Origin: Oscillospiraceae bacterium
GTDB taxonomy: Bacteria; Bacillota; Clostridia; Oscillospirales; Ruminococcaceae
Assembly: GCA_045546475.1 (NCBI GenBank)
Contig: JAZQCT010000054.1
Coordinates: forward strand, 3,342-67,341
DNA: 64,000 bases
Reading direction: 5' to 3'
In this document: in pieces, positions 16,907 to 26,757 of the stretch
How the letters are laid out: each line of letters begins with the position of its first letter
Position numbering within the stretch: the first letter of the stretch is position 1
The notes under the pieces: generated by a model
Told to the model about the DNA's origin: nothing
What the model saw: only the letters and a program-made list of their open reading frames with translations
The model's database searches: none
Program-made: the position numbers and the translations under genes

Positions 16907-19063
16907 ATGGACATTATTCAGATCCTGACCGAAGAATTTTCCGTCCGCCGTGAGCAGGCGGAAAATGTGACCGCCCTGCTGGATGACGGCAAGACCGTGC
17001 CGTTCATCGCACGTTACCGCAAGGAACAGACCGGCGCACTTGATGACCAGACCATCCGCCGCATGGCTCTGCGCCTGCAGGCACTGCGCAATCTCGAAGC
17101 GCGCAAGGAAGAGATCCGCGTTGCCATCGAGGGAAAGGGCGCATTGACACCCCAGCTCGAAAAAGCCCTTGCAGCGGCGAAAACCATGACCGAAGCGGAG
17201 GACATCTACCGTCCGTTCAAGGAAAAACGCAGCACCAGAGGCTCAAAGGCGCGTGAACGCGGACTTGCGCCGCTTGCAGAGATCCTGCTGGCACAGGCAC
17301 ATTCCACTGTTCCGGAGGATGCCGCACAGGCGTTCGTGGATGCGGAAAAGGAGGTTCCTGACGTGCAGGCGGCATTGCAGGGCGCAATGGACATCATCGC
17401 GGAGGACATTTCCGATGACGCGCAGGTACGTCAGAAAATGCGTGACCTCTACCAGAGATTCGGCAATTTTGTCTGCACTGCCGCCGATCCGGAACAGGAC
17501 AGCGTGTACCGCGATTATTACGAGTTTGAAAAATTCGTCCCGAAAATGGCAGGTCACCAGATCCTCGCCGTTCATCGAGGCGAAAAGGAGGGTCTCCTCA
17601 AGGTGAACATCACCACAGCCGAGGGACAGAGCGAACAGATCTGCACAAGAGCCTATGTGAAGAACCAGTCCGCCTGCGGTGAGCTGGTGCGCCTTGCAGC
17701 ATGTGACAGTGCCAAGCGTCTCATCGTTCCCTCCATTATCCGTGAGGTGAGAAATGCTCTCTTCGAGAACGCCTGCCAGAATGCGATCAAGGTATTTGCC
17801 TCCAATCTCGGACAGCTTCTCATGCAGCCGCCGCTGAAAAATACTGTCACCCTGGGACTTGATCCTGCCTATAGAACCGGCTGCAAAATTGCCGTGGTCG
17901 ATGCCACCGGCAAGGTGCTGGACACCACCGTCATCTACCCCACACCGCCGCAGAATAAGACAAGGGAATCTGCCCGGACGCTCACTGCACTTGTGAAAAA
18001 GCACGGTGTTACGGCGATTTCCATCGGCAATGGCACCGCCTCCCGCGAATCCGAGAGCTTTGTGGCAGACCTCCTTCCGGAGCTGCCGCATAAGGTATCC
18101 TACATGGTCGTTTCCGAAGCGGGTGCGTCCGTGTATTCCGCATCGGAGCTTGCCGCAGAGGAATTTCCGGAATATGACGTATCCCTCAGAAGTGCCGTTT
18201 CCATCGCCCGCCGCCTGCAGGATCCCCTTGCGGAGCTGGTGAAGATCGACCCCAAGGCGATCGGCGTAGGGCAGTACCAGCATGACATGCCGAAGAACGA
18301 CCTCCAGACTGCCCTGGACGGCGTGGTAGAGGAATGCGTGAACGCAGTCGGCGTGGATGTGAACACGGCATCTGCACCGCTTTTGTCCCATATTGCAGGC
18401 ATCAGCGGCACTGTGGCAAAGAATATCGTGAAGTACCGCGAGGAGAACGGCGCGTTCCAGAACCGCCGCCAGCTCCTGAAGGTGCCGAAGCTCGGACCCA
18501 AGGCATTTGAGCAGTGCGCGGGCTTTCTGCGTATTCCCGGCGGCACCCAGCCGCTGGACAACACCGCCGTGCATCCGGAGGCATATGATGCCGCAAAGTC
18601 GCTCCTGCAGAGATTCGGCTATTCTCTGGAGGATGCCGCCGGCGGAAAGCTGGGAGGACTTGCCGATCAGGTGAAGAAAGCCGGTACCGCCACGCTTGCC
18701 AAGGAGCTGAACATCGGCAGCTATACGCTCAATGACATGGTTGCGGAGCTGCAGAAGCCCGGACGCGATCCGCGTGACCTTCTGCCGCTTCCCTTGATGC
18801 GAAGCGGCAGCGTCATGGAGATCACCGACCTCAAGCCCGGAATGCAGATGATGGGTACAGTGCGCAATATTGTGGATTTCGGCTGTTTTGTGGACATCGG
18901 CGTGCATGAGGACGGTCTGGTGCATATCTCCCAGATCTGTGACCGCTTCATCAAGCACCCCCTCGAAGCCGTCAAGGTCGGCGATGTCGTGCAGGTGACA
19001 GTGCTGGAGGTCGATGCCAAGAGAAAGAGAATTGGACTGACCATGAAAAAGAGCAAACAATAA
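16907..19063 (+). CDS. tex: Tex-like transcription accessory protein (YqgF/HhH/S1 domains)
   Basis: VPFIARYRKEQTG, GLDPAYRTGCK, C-terminal S1 domain (GTVRNIVDFGCFVDIG..GLVHISQ). Confidence 0.95.
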   Translation: MDIIQILTEEFSVRREQAENVTALLDDGKTVPFIARYRKEQTGALDDQTIRRMALRLQALRNLEARKEEIRVAIEGKGALTPQLEKALAAAKTMTEAEDIYRPFKEKRSTRGSKARERGLAPLAEILLAQAHSTVPEDAAQAFVDAEKEVPDVQAALQGAMDIIAEDISDDAQVRQKMRDLYQRFGNFVCTAADPEQDSVYRDYYEFEKFVPKMAGHQILAVHRGEKEGLLKVNITTAEGQSEQICTRAYVKNQSACGELVRLAACDSAKRLIVPSIIREVRNALFENACQNAIKVFASNLGQLLMQPPLKNTVTLGLDPAYRTGCKIAVVDATGKVLDTTVIYPTPPQNKTRESARTLTALVKKHGVTAISIGNGTASRESESFVADLLPELPHKVSYMVVSEAGASVYSASELAAEEFPEYDVSLRSAVSIARRLQDPLAELVKIDPKAIGVGQYQHDMPKNDLQTALDGVVEECVNAVGVDVNTASAPLLSHIAGISGTVAKNIVKYREENGAFQNRRQLLKVPKLGPKAFEQCAGFLRIPGGTQPLDNTAVHPEAYDAAKSLLQRFGYSLEDAAGGKLGGLADQVKKAGTATLAKELNIGSYTLNDMVAELQKPGRDPRDLLPLPLMRSGSVMEITDLKPGMQMMGTVRNIVDFGCFVDIGVHEDGLVHISQICDRFIKHPLEAVKVGDVVQVTVLEVDAKRKRIGLTMKKSKQ

Positions 19064-19255
19064 GGGGGTATGGGGGAAAGCTGCGCCCTTGCCTTGGAGC
19101 GACTGAGCCTGCGAGGGAGCGCATAGGCAAGCACCCCGCGCAGCGTCCCCCATTTGAAAAAGGGTATGGGGGAAAGCTTCGCCCTTGCCTTGGAGCGACT
19201 GAGCCTGCGAAGGAGCGCATAGGCAAGCCACCCCGCGCAGCGTCCCCCATTTTAA
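19064..19255. repeat. Two tandem copies of a ~96-bp structured repeat directly after the tex stop
   Basis: gtatgggggaaagct.cgcccttgccttggagcgactgagcctgcga.ggagcgcataggcaagc(c)accccgcgcagcgtcccccattt occurs twice with 3 differences. Each copy has nested complementary arms. Confidence 0.85.
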
Positions 19256-19274
19256 ATTAAGAAAGGAAGGATTT

Positions 19275-20381
19275 ATGATGAAAACAAGAGAAAAAAAGAC
19301 ACTGCAGGTCGTCCTGCTCAGCATTCTGTGCTTTGTCCTCATCGCACTGCTCGGTGCAGGTGTGCTCACCTCGCTGAGTCTCCGCCGCGCGGCACAGGAG
19401 CGCGTGTTGACGGCGGCAGTCGAAAAATTCCCGATGGAGGAGATCACGGTCAACGGTTCATCTGCCGCGCAGTTCATTCTGGACACGTTCATTGCCGATG
19501 AACGCGTCAGCATCGAAAATGTCGAGCGCGTGATGCAGAACGGGACATTCTCCGCATTCGCCGCAGAGATCATGGACAGATACAACACCTACCTGACCGA
19601 TGGCGGCGAGCTGCCGAAGATCAATCCGGATGATTTTGTCCGCCTGATCGAAGAAAACGAAGCCCTCATTCTGGAGGAGACCGGGCTGGAGTTCCTGGAA
19701 CCTGATAAGCAGAAGCTCCGCGAAAATCTGGAACAGCCGCTGAAAGCCTGGAATATCGCAATGGAGCAGAGCCTGCACAAGGGCATAAACGGCTTTACCG
19801 CCAAAGCCACTGTCTCCGTCTGGCTCCCTGTTACTCTTGGTGTATTCCTGCTTGCCATTCTTGTCTGGATGGTGATCTTCTACGTCCGGGGCGGCTTCCG
19901 CGCGGGGACTGCCTTCAAGGTCTACAGCATCGCGCTGTTCGTTCCCTGTGCTGTGATGCTGGGCGGTCTGTGTCTGACCGATCTGATCGCCAGTGCGGAG
20001 ATCCCGTTCATCCAGGATTCCATGGTGCTGCTCTATGATACCCTCCTCCCCGTAGCCGGCATCGGTTCGGCAGTGTGCGTCCTGCTTTTTGTGACCGGTG
20101 TTATGTGCAGTCTGCTTTCCGCAAAGCTCCGTCCCGCTGCGGATGCCGATGCGTACAACGGCAGCTATGACAGCGAATATGACAATACCTATGACCGCTT
20201 TGACCGCAGCACACCGCAGGATGCAATGCAGGAAGAAGCCGGCGCACAGCCGGAAGAACCCGAGGTAAAACGCCAGTATTGCCGCAACTGCGGCAGACCG
20301 CTGGTCAATCCCGACGCAAAGTTCTGCTACCAGTGCGGAAACGTGCAGGAACATGTTTCTTCTGAGGATCCATCCGTATAA
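19275..20381 (+). CDS. Membrane protein with C-terminal zinc-ribbon
   Basis: SD aaaggaagg. N-terminal TM, central TM cluster, C-terminal YCRNCGRPL..KFCYQCGN zinc-ribbon. Confidence 0.5.
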   Translation: MMKTREKKTLQVVLLSILCFVLIALLGAGVLTSLSLRRAAQERVLTAAVEKFPMEEITVNGSSAAQFILDTFIADERVSIENVERVMQNGTFSAFAAEIMDRYNTYLTDGGELPKINPDDFVRLIEENEALILEETGLEFLEPDKQKLRENLEQPLKAWNIAMEQSLHKGINGFTAKATVSVWLPVTLGVFLLAILVWMVIFYVRGGFRAGTAFKVYSIALFVPCAVMLGGLCLTDLIASAEIPFIQDSMVLLYDTLLPVAGIGSAVCVLLFVTGVMCSLLSAKLRPAADADAYNGSYDSEYDNTYDRFDRSTPQDAMQEEAGAQPEEPEVKRQYCRNCGRPLVNPDAKFCYQCGNVQEHVSSEDPSV

Positions 20382-20458
20382 AAAGACAGAAAGGCGCGAC
20401 CCCCACTCTTAACCACACTGCACAAACAAACCCATTCCGCTTTGTGCAAGTATCACAC

Positions 20459-20487
20459 TTGTTTTTTGTCAAAAAATGTGTTATAAT
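20459..20487 (+). promoter_or_regulatory. Possible promoter upstream of putP
   Basis: TTGTTT-17-TATAAT with extended TGTGT. The -35 is weak. Confidence 0.3.
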
Positions 20488-20587
20488 GTGTATAGGTATT
20501 TCCAACATGAGCCATGCCCCGTGCATGGCTCAAAAAAATATTTTGAAAGGAGGCGTATGGATTCAAACGGATTCATACAAACATCTT

Positions 20588-22141
20588 ATGGAAAGTAACC
20601 TTATCATTATGCTCATTACAATTGTCGGCTATATGCTGATGATGGTGGGCATCGGCATTGTCTGTTCAAAGAAGAACGAGAATGTCGGCGACTTCTACCT
20701 CGGCGGCAGAAAGCTCGGCCCGATTGTCACTGCAATGAGTGCGGAGGCATCCGACATGAGCAGTTGGCTGCTGATGGGTCTGCCCGGTGTTGCCTATCTC
20801 ACCGGTTGTGCGGAGGCTGGCTGGACTGCCATCGGTCTGGCGATCGGTACCTATGTCAACTGGCTGATCGTGGCAAAGCGTCTGCGTGTCTATACGCAGA
20901 AATGCAATAACTCCATCACCATTCCGGACTTCTTCGCAAACCGTTATCGTGACAACAAGAATATCCTCATGGGTATTGCAGCCCTCATCATTCTGATTTT
21001 CTTTGTGCCCTATACCGCATCTGGCTTTGCAGCCTGCGGCAAACTGTTCTCCACGCTGTTCGGCATTGATTATCATGCAGCAATGATCGCAAGTGCAATC
21101 ATCATCATTGCCTACACCAGTGTCGGCGGATTTCTTGCGGCATCCACGACCGACCTCATCCAGAGTATCGTTATGACGGCGGCTCTGGTGATTCTGGTAT
21201 TCTTCGGTGTATCCGCAGCGGGCGGCATGGGTGCTGTGATGGACAATGCGGAAGGTTTGAAAGATTATCTCTCTTTCACCGCACTGCACAATCCGGACGG
21301 TGGTGAATCCACTCCCTACGGCGCACTGCCCATCGCCTCCACACTGGCATGGGGTCTTGGCTATTTTGGTATGCCCCACATCCTCCTGCGCTTCATGGCA
21401 ATTGAGGACAAGAATAAGGTGGCAACCTCCAGAAGAATCGCCTCCGTATGGGTTGTAATCTCTATGGGCGTTGCAATTTTCATCGGTATGATTGGCAACA
21501 CACTGTCTGCACAGGGCGTAATTCCGGTTCTTTCCGGCAGTTCTCAGGCGGAAACCATCATCATGAAAATGGCAACATTCATGAGCGAACACGGCGCACT
21601 GCTGGCAATTCTGGGCGGTCTGATCTTCTCCGGTATTCTGGCATCCACCATGTCTACTTCCGACTCCCAGCTTTTGGCGGCATCCTCCAGTATGTCCGAG
21701 AACCTGCTCAAGGGCATGTTCAAGGTGAAGATGGATGATAAGCAGTCCATGCTCTCCGCAAGAGTCGTTCTGGTGGTTATCGCAGTACTTTCCGTATTCA
21801 TCGCATGGAATCCGGACAGTTCCGTATTCCGCATTGTATCCTTTGCATGGGCAGGCTTCGGTGCAACCTTTGCTCCGGTAATGCTCCTTGCTCTGTTCTG
21901 GAAGCGTTCCAACAAGTGGGGCGCACTGGCTGGCATGGTATCGGGCGGCGTTATGGTATTCGTCTGGAAGTTCGTACTCGCACCGATGGGCGGACTCTGG
22001 TCGATCTATGAGCTGCTCCCTGCATTTGTAGTAGCTCTCGTTGTCAATGTTGTTGTATCCCTCACTGTCAAGCAGGATGAGAAGGATATGGCAGATATGG
22101 CAAAGGAATTTGATGCGGTGAATGCTGAGATGAAGCAGTGA
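20588..22141 (+). CDS. putP: Sodium:proline symporter (SSF family)
   Basis: N-terminus MESNLIIMLITIVGYMLMMVGIG..DFYLGGRKLGP. 13-TM SSF pattern. Upstream in-frame ATGs lack SD and homology-like sequence. Confidence 0.85.
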   Translation: MESNLIIMLITIVGYMLMMVGIGIVCSKKNENVGDFYLGGRKLGPIVTAMSAEASDMSSWLLMGLPGVAYLTGCAEAGWTAIGLAIGTYVNWLIVAKRLRVYTQKCNNSITIPDFFANRYRDNKNILMGIAALIILIFFVPYTASGFAACGKLFSTLFGIDYHAAMIASAIIIIAYTSVGGFLAASTTDLIQSIVMTAALVILVFFGVSAAGGMGAVMDNAEGLKDYLSFTALHNPDGGESTPYGALPIASTLAWGLGYFGMPHILLRFMAIEDKNKVATSRRIASVWVVISMGVAIFIGMIGNTLSAQGVIPVLSGSSQAETIIMKMATFMSEHGALLAILGGLIFSGILASTMSTSDSQLLAASSSMSENLLKGMFKVKMDDKQSMLSARVVLVVIAVLSVFIAWNPDSSVFRIVSFAWAGFGATFAPVMLLALFWKRSNKWGALAGMVSGGVMVFVWKFVLAPMGGLWSIYELLPAFVVALVVNVVVSLTVKQDEKDMADMAKEFDAVNAEMKQ

Positions 22142-22161
22142 GTCACTGTGTACTATACAAG

Positions 22162-22193
22162 AAATCCCCCTCCATTTTTCAGGAGGGGGATTT
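22162..22193. terminator. Bidirectional terminator between putP and GH26
   Basis: aaatccccctcc-atttttc-aggagggggattt, then gtttat. Confidence 0.7.
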
Positions 22194-22198
22194 GTTTA

Positions 22199-24049
22199 TC
22201 AGGATGTAACCGGCAGTTCCGTCACCATACCAATCGTATATTTCAGAATGTTCAGTGCGTCGGTGGAGGTGGGCTTGCTGTCGAGGTCAACGTCCGCATT
22301 GATCGCGCCCTGCTCGCTCAGTGCCTCACCGGTCAGCAGGTTCTTGTTCAGCGTCAGGACATCCAGAATGTCCACGGTGCCATCCGTGTTTACATCGCCG
22401 TACTGTGCCTCACCTGGTACAGAACTGCTGTCCTCGGTGGGAGCTGTGGTTTCTGTCGGCTCTTCACCCTCTGTGATCGGATAGGTCTTGAGGTCGGGCA
22501 GCTCGTCGAGCGTGATACAGTATTCGCTCTGGTAGATTTCCACCAGATTTTCCACGGGATTATTCTGCTCGCTTGTCAGATAATTCATGTACCACGGGCA
22601 GAAATACAGCCATGCCGCCTTGTCATTCACCAGATTCTCCAGCGACGGAATGGAGTCATTCTCCGTCATGGCAACCATCTTTTCGCCGTCCGTGCTCTGC
22701 ACAAGGCTGTAGAATGTCGAGGAAATGGAGCTCAGATTCGGCAGACCGTCCACGGCATTGTATTTGTCATAGCCGACCATATCGACCACATCATCACCCG
22801 GATACCAGTCCGCAGAGGTTTCGTAGGTATAGCCCGTCCACTGCCAGATCAGATTATCCAGACCATAGACATTCGTCAGCTGATCATACAGCAGGCGGTA
22901 GAGCTTCTTGCAGGATTCCGGACCTTCTGCACCCCACCAGAACCATGCGCCCTCGGCTTCATGCAGGGGTCTCCAGAGGATCGGCACATCGGCATCCTCC
23001 AGCTTCTGGAGTTCGCCGGCGATCAGTTCAATATCCTTGAGAATCAGCTCATGCTCCCATGTACCCTCTGTGACAGCGTTCGTCACGCTGAAGGTGGTGA
23101 AGGGCGTATTGCCGGTGGATTCCACATAGAATGCAGTCTCCGTGCTGCCCTCTTCCGTGGGGACATTCCAGTGCCAGCTCACGGTGGCAATGCCGCCGTA
23201 TTCATTCACCCATTCGATACAGCGTTCCGGTGCCTGATCGCGCCAGTCGGTGGTAGTGTTGTATGCCAGGAAGTCAATGCCGCGGATCGCCGGCTGTTCA
23301 CCTGTGTGTTCGAGGATGTACTCAAATTCAGCTTCATTGTCCTTGATATAAGTATCCGGATCGTTCCACGAATTATAGTTATGCGAACCGCAGTATTCCT
23401 GCTGACCGGAGAGGATATGCTCACCATAGACATCGCAGAGATAATTGTACAGACGCTTGGTGGAATCCGACGCATTCGGATTGGACAGCTGACGGGTCGG
23501 GGTGAGGTTCGTCAGGCTTTCATCCGCCGGCTTGAGTGTCAGATAGTCAAAGAATGTATAACCCCAGTACGCTTTCAGCTCGATGGTATTCTTGCCCTCC
23601 TTGAGATTCACGACACCGCCGGAGGTTTCGGAAAATGTGAGGTTGTGCTTGAAGCTGACCTCGCCCTGATTCACACCGTTGATGTTGAGGTACTGTACCT
23701 TTTTATTCGGGTCGTAGGGTTCGGCATAGCAGATGTTCATTTCATAGAGTCCTGCTTCGGGGACATCCACCGTCACAGATACAGTCGTGCCCTTCTGATC
23801 GACATAGGAAAAGCCCGTGCCGGAAAAATTGGTGAGGTCGAAATCCTCGCCGGTGCCGTCCTCGGCGGTATTGCCCGTCCAGCCCTCCGTGTAGATCGTG
23901 CCGCCTTCTGTTGCACCGTCCTCAAATTCATATTTGAGGATCTCGGCAGCCGCCGCCTGTGGTACATTCTGCATCTGCGGCACCGCCGGCACTGCGAGCG
24001 CAGCTGCCAGCAGCAGAGAAGCCGCCGCCGTCCATTTCTGATGTTTCAT
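22199..24049 (-). CDS. Secreted GH26 beta-mannanase with N-terminal CBM6/35-like module and C-terminal dockerin
   Basis: SD aaaggag before ATG 24049. Signal peptide. WHWNVP and ILWRPLHEAEGAWFWWG GH26 motifs. Dockerin GDVNTDGTVDILDV..ADVDLDSKPTSTDAL. Confidence 0.85.
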   Translation of the reverse strand: MKHQKWTAAASLLLAAALAVPAVPQMQNVPQAAAAEILKYEFEDGATEGGTIYTEGWTGNTAEDGTGEDFDLTNFSGTGFSYVDQKGTTVSVTVDVPEAGLYEMNICYAEPYDPNKKVQYLNINGVNQGEVSFKHNLTFSETSGGVVNLKEGKNTIELKAYWGYTFFDYLTLKPADESLTNLTPTRQLSNPNASDSTKRLYNYLCDVYGEHILSGQQEYCGSHNYNSWNDPDTYIKDNEAEFEYILEHTGEQPAIRGIDFLAYNTTTDWRDQAPERCIEWVNEYGGIATVSWHWNVPTEEGSTETAFYVESTGNTPFTTFSVTNAVTEGTWEHELILKDIELIAGELQKLEDADVPILWRPLHEAEGAWFWWGAEGPESCKKLYRLLYDQLTNVYGLDNLIWQWTGYTYETSADWYPGDDVVDMVGYDKYNAVDGLPNLSSISSTFYSLVQSTDGEKMVAMTENDSIPSLENLVNDKAAWLYFCPWYMNYLTSEQNNPVENLVEIYQSEYCITLDELPDLKTYPITEGEEPTETTAPTEDSSSVPGEAQYGDVNTDGTVDILDVLTLNKNLLTGEALSEQGAINADVDLDSKPTSTDALNILKYTIGMVTELPVTS

Positions 24050-24095
24050 AAAAATGCTCCTTTCAGTTAAGTAAAAACGAATTAAATACATCTTA

Positions 24096-24124
24096 ATTAT
24101 ACCACAACTTTCCCTTAAATGCAA
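24096..24124 (-). promoter_or_regulatory. SigA-type promoter of the GH26 gene
   Basis: On the minus strand, TTGCAT-17-TATAAT (ttgtggtataat). Confidence 0.5.
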
Positions 24125-24157
24125 TAGGAAAACGGAAATATGTTATGAAAATTTCCC

Positions 24158-24186
24158 TTGACATTCCCACCAATCCATGCTATAAT
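24158..24186 (+). promoter_or_regulatory. SigA-type promoter upstream of the GNAT gene
   Basis: TTGACA-17-TATAAT. About 160-nt leader. Confidence 0.5.
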
Positions 24187-24345
24187 AAAACCACCGGCAC
24201 AGCCGGAACATATCAATAAAAGGAGCGAATTGTTTGACACATTTCATTAAAAAGGAGATTGTGCGCTAATCGGGAGGTTAGTGACAGAATCCCACACCTC
24301 CCATAGGATTTGCAGAAAAAACAAAATTCTCTGGAGGTAATTATC

Positions 24346-25008
24346 ATGAACGAAACCAATATCATCATCCGACTGGAAACACCCGCTGACTACCGTGCAG
24401 TGGAAGAACTCACCCGTGAAGCATTCTGGAATCAGTATGTCGAGGGCTGCAATGAGCATTATTTTGTGCATGTGATGCGTGAGCATCCCGATTTCATGCC
24501 GGAGCTGGCATTCGTGCTGGAACTGAACGGCGAGATCATCGGCAATGTCATGTACACAAAGTCCCGGCTCGTGGACAAATCCGGCGAGGAAAAGACCATT
24601 CTTTCTTTTGGCCCGATCTGCGTGCATCCGGCGTATCAGCGCAGGGGATACAGCAGACTTCTGCTGGAGCATTCTTTTGCAAAGGCACGGGAAATGGGCT
24701 TCGATGCGATTGTCATTTTCGGCAGTCCTGCCAATTATGTGGGGCGTGGATTTGTGAGCTGCCAGAAGCACAATATCTGCCTGGAGGGCGAGTATGTCCC
24801 GATGGCAATGCTCTGCAAGGAACTGAAACCCGGCGCATTTGACGGCAGAAGATGGTATTTCCATGAGAGCACCGCAAGTGCCCCCTGCGAGGATGAAGCC
24901 GCTGTCGCTGCATTCGACGCACAGTTTCCGCCTAAGGAAAAGGGCTGGAAGCCGAGTCAGGAGGAGTTTTACATCCATTGCAGATCGGGGATGAAGCTGG
25001 AGGACTGA
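24346..25008 (+). CDS. GNAT-family N-acetyltransferase
   Basis: SD ggagg before ATG 24346. Acetyl-CoA motif VHPAYQRRGYSRLLLE. Confidence 0.8.
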   Translation: MNETNIIIRLETPADYRAVEELTREAFWNQYVEGCNEHYFVHVMREHPDFMPELAFVLELNGEIIGNVMYTKSRLVDKSGEEKTILSFGPICVHPAYQRRGYSRLLLEHSFAKAREMGFDAIVIFGSPANYVGRGFVSCQKHNICLEGEYVPMAMLCKELKPGAFDGRRWYFHESTASAPCEDEAAVAAFDAQFPPKEKGWKPSQEEFYIHCRSGMKLED

Positions 25009-25049
25009 CGAGCTTTGTCCGGCTGATTCGTTTGTAGGATAACACAAAA

Positions 25050-25095
25050 CCGCCATGCAGTTTTTACGCTGTATGGCGGCTTTTGTTCTTGTTTT
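25050..25095 (+). terminator. Intrinsic terminator after the GNAT gene
   Basis: ccgccatgcag-tttttacg-ctgtatggcgg followed by cttttgttcttgtttt. Confidence 0.7.
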
Positions 25096-25116
25096 AAGTC
25101 GGCATAAAAGATCAAC

Positions 25117-25156
25117 AGCCCCCATCCTCTGCTTGCAAGGATGGGGGCTATTGTTT
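25117..25156. terminator. Hairpin downstream of MATE 25156..26517
   Basis: agcccccatcct-ctgcttgca-aggatgggggct plus attgtttt. 12-bp stem. Confidence 0.6.
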
Positions 25157-26517
25157 TAGGCTTCAGTTGTTTCCTGCATATTCTTCAGATACTTCCGATA
25201 TGTTGCAATGAACAGAATCGCCGCAACCGTTGTTGCGAGATAATCCGTGATGGGCTGTGCCATCGAAAGAATTCTGGCATCGTGGAAGGTATTCAGAATC
25301 AGAATCGTCGGGATGAACAGGATGCCCTGTCGACTGAGCGAGAGAATCAGTGAGGGAATCGCTGCACCGGTGGACTGGATCGCATTCATCAGCACGAACA
25401 GCACGCCCAGAATCGGGCCGGAATAAATGTAAATTCTCGCAAACTGCATACCGAATGTGTACGCATCCGCATGGTCAAGAAATGCCGTTACCAGAGGACC
25501 TGCAAAGGCGTAGCAGACCACCGTCATCACCGCACTCAGACCGAGTGCAAGACAGAGCGAAAATTTCAGCACTGCCATGTAACGCTTCCGCTTGCCTGCA
25601 CCGAAGCAGTATCCCAGAAGCGGCTGGATGCCCGTGCCGAGTCCAATCAGAAGCATGACCACGATCATATTCACCTTCATCGCAACGCCCAGACCTGCCA
25701 CCGCCATATCTCCGTGCGGCTGCATGAGATTGTTGATGATGATATTGGAAAAGCTCATCAGAATGCTGTTGAGGGATGCCGGAATGCCGATCGCACACAC
25801 GCCCGCTGCAATGCCCTTGCGTACACGGTAATGCTTCGGATGGATCGAGAGGATGGATTTCTTCGACAGCAGATGGCACAGATAAATTACCACGGAAACC
25901 AGATTGCCCAGCACTGTTGCGATCGCCGCACCGGCAACATCCCATCCAAGTACAAGGATCATGATCGGGTCAAAGACGATGTTCATGAGGTTTCCGGCGA
26001 TCATGCCGGCCATCGCTACCACGGGCTTGCCCTCCGCACGGATGATATTGCTGAATGCGTTGCTCAGGATCAGTGCCGGAATACCCGTTGCCACGATCGA
26101 AAGATACTGCGACGCATAACCCACCGTATCCGCACTTGCACCGATCAGCATACAGACCGGACGGCTGAAGAAGATCATCAGGATCATCGACACAAGCCCG
26201 ATGCCAAGCCCCGTCCAGAAGCAGAACGAGGAAATGCGCCTTGCCCTGCGTTCATCCCCCTCGCCGAGGGTGCGGGAGATCAGGGAGGTACCGCCGATGC
26301 CGAAGAGCATACCCACCGCCATAAACAGCAGAAATGCCGGTGTTGCGACTGAAACCGCCGCTACCATGAGAGGGTCTTTCGTCTGCCCGATGAAAAACGT
26401 ATCCGCCAGATTGTACAGCAGTACCATGATCATGCTGACAATCGAAGGGATGATATTTGTGATGACTGCCTTCGGAACAGGAGCGTTCCGGAACAGTTCT
26501 ATGGTCTTGTCCTGCAT
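25156..26517 (-). CDS. MATE-family efflux transporter
   Basis: 12-TM protein. LADTFFIGQT.., IIRAEGKP, MATE repeats. Confidence 0.85.
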   Translation of the reverse strand: MQDKTIELFRNAPVPKAVITNIIPSIVSMIMVLLYNLADTFFIGQTKDPLMVAAVSVATPAFLLFMAVGMLFGIGGTSLISRTLGEGDERRARRISSFCFWTGLGIGLVSMILMIFFSRPVCMLIGASADTVGYASQYLSIVATGIPALILSNAFSNIIRAEGKPVVAMAGMIAGNLMNIVFDPIMILVLGWDVAGAAIATVLGNLVSVVIYLCHLLSKKSILSIHPKHYRVRKGIAAGVCAIGIPASLNSILMSFSNIIINNLMQPHGDMAVAGLGVAMKVNMIVVMLLIGLGTGIQPLLGYCFGAGKRKRYMAVLKFSLCLALGLSAVMTVVCYAFAGPLVTAFLDHADAYTFGMQFARIYIYSGPILGVLFVLMNAIQSTGAAIPSLILSLSRQGILFIPTILILNTFHDARILSMAQPITDYLATTVAAILFIATYRKYLKNMQETTEA

Positions 26518-26552
26518 ATGTTTTTCTCCTTAACGTATATTTTCCATATAAT

Positions 26553-26581
26553 ATTGTATATCTATTGCCGGAAAATGTCAA
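26553..26581 (-). promoter_or_regulatory. SigA-type promoter of MATE 25156..26517
   Basis: On the minus strand, TTGACA-17-TACAAT. Confidence 0.5.
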
Positions 26582-26686
26582 GCCTTGTCGAATGAAAATG
26601 CACAATTTCCACGCTGCAAGCAATATGTTACAAAATTTTGTTTTCAAATTTGTGCATTTAATACAGAGAATGAAACAAATTATGCA

Positions 26687-26715
26687 TTGACATTCTGCGG
26701 AATTTGTGCTATCAT
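26687..26715 (+). promoter_or_regulatory. SigA-type promoter of GH 26758..29340
   Basis: TTGACA-17-TATCAT (tttgtgctatcat). Confidence 0.5.
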
Positions 26716-26757
26716 ATACATAAAGTTGAAAAATGAATGTGAAAGGTGGAATACATT

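Noticed and set aside
19064-19255. Possible CRISPR array.
   Set aside because: There are only two directly abutting copies with no spacers, and the unit is about 96 bp. No cas genes or leader are present.
17243-19588. 781-aa ORF antisense to tex and running through the tandem repeats.
   Set aside because: This is a shadow ORF of a GC-rich, codon-biased gene. It is low-complexity and Arg/Ala/Cys/His-rich, has no SD, and is fully overlapped by a gene with unmistakable Tex motifs.
20444-20587. ORF-track N-terminal extension of putP (starts at 20444, 20507, 20525).
   Set aside because: The extension begins upstream of the predicted -10, has no SD and is not transporter-like. The SSF N-terminus begins at MESNLIIML.
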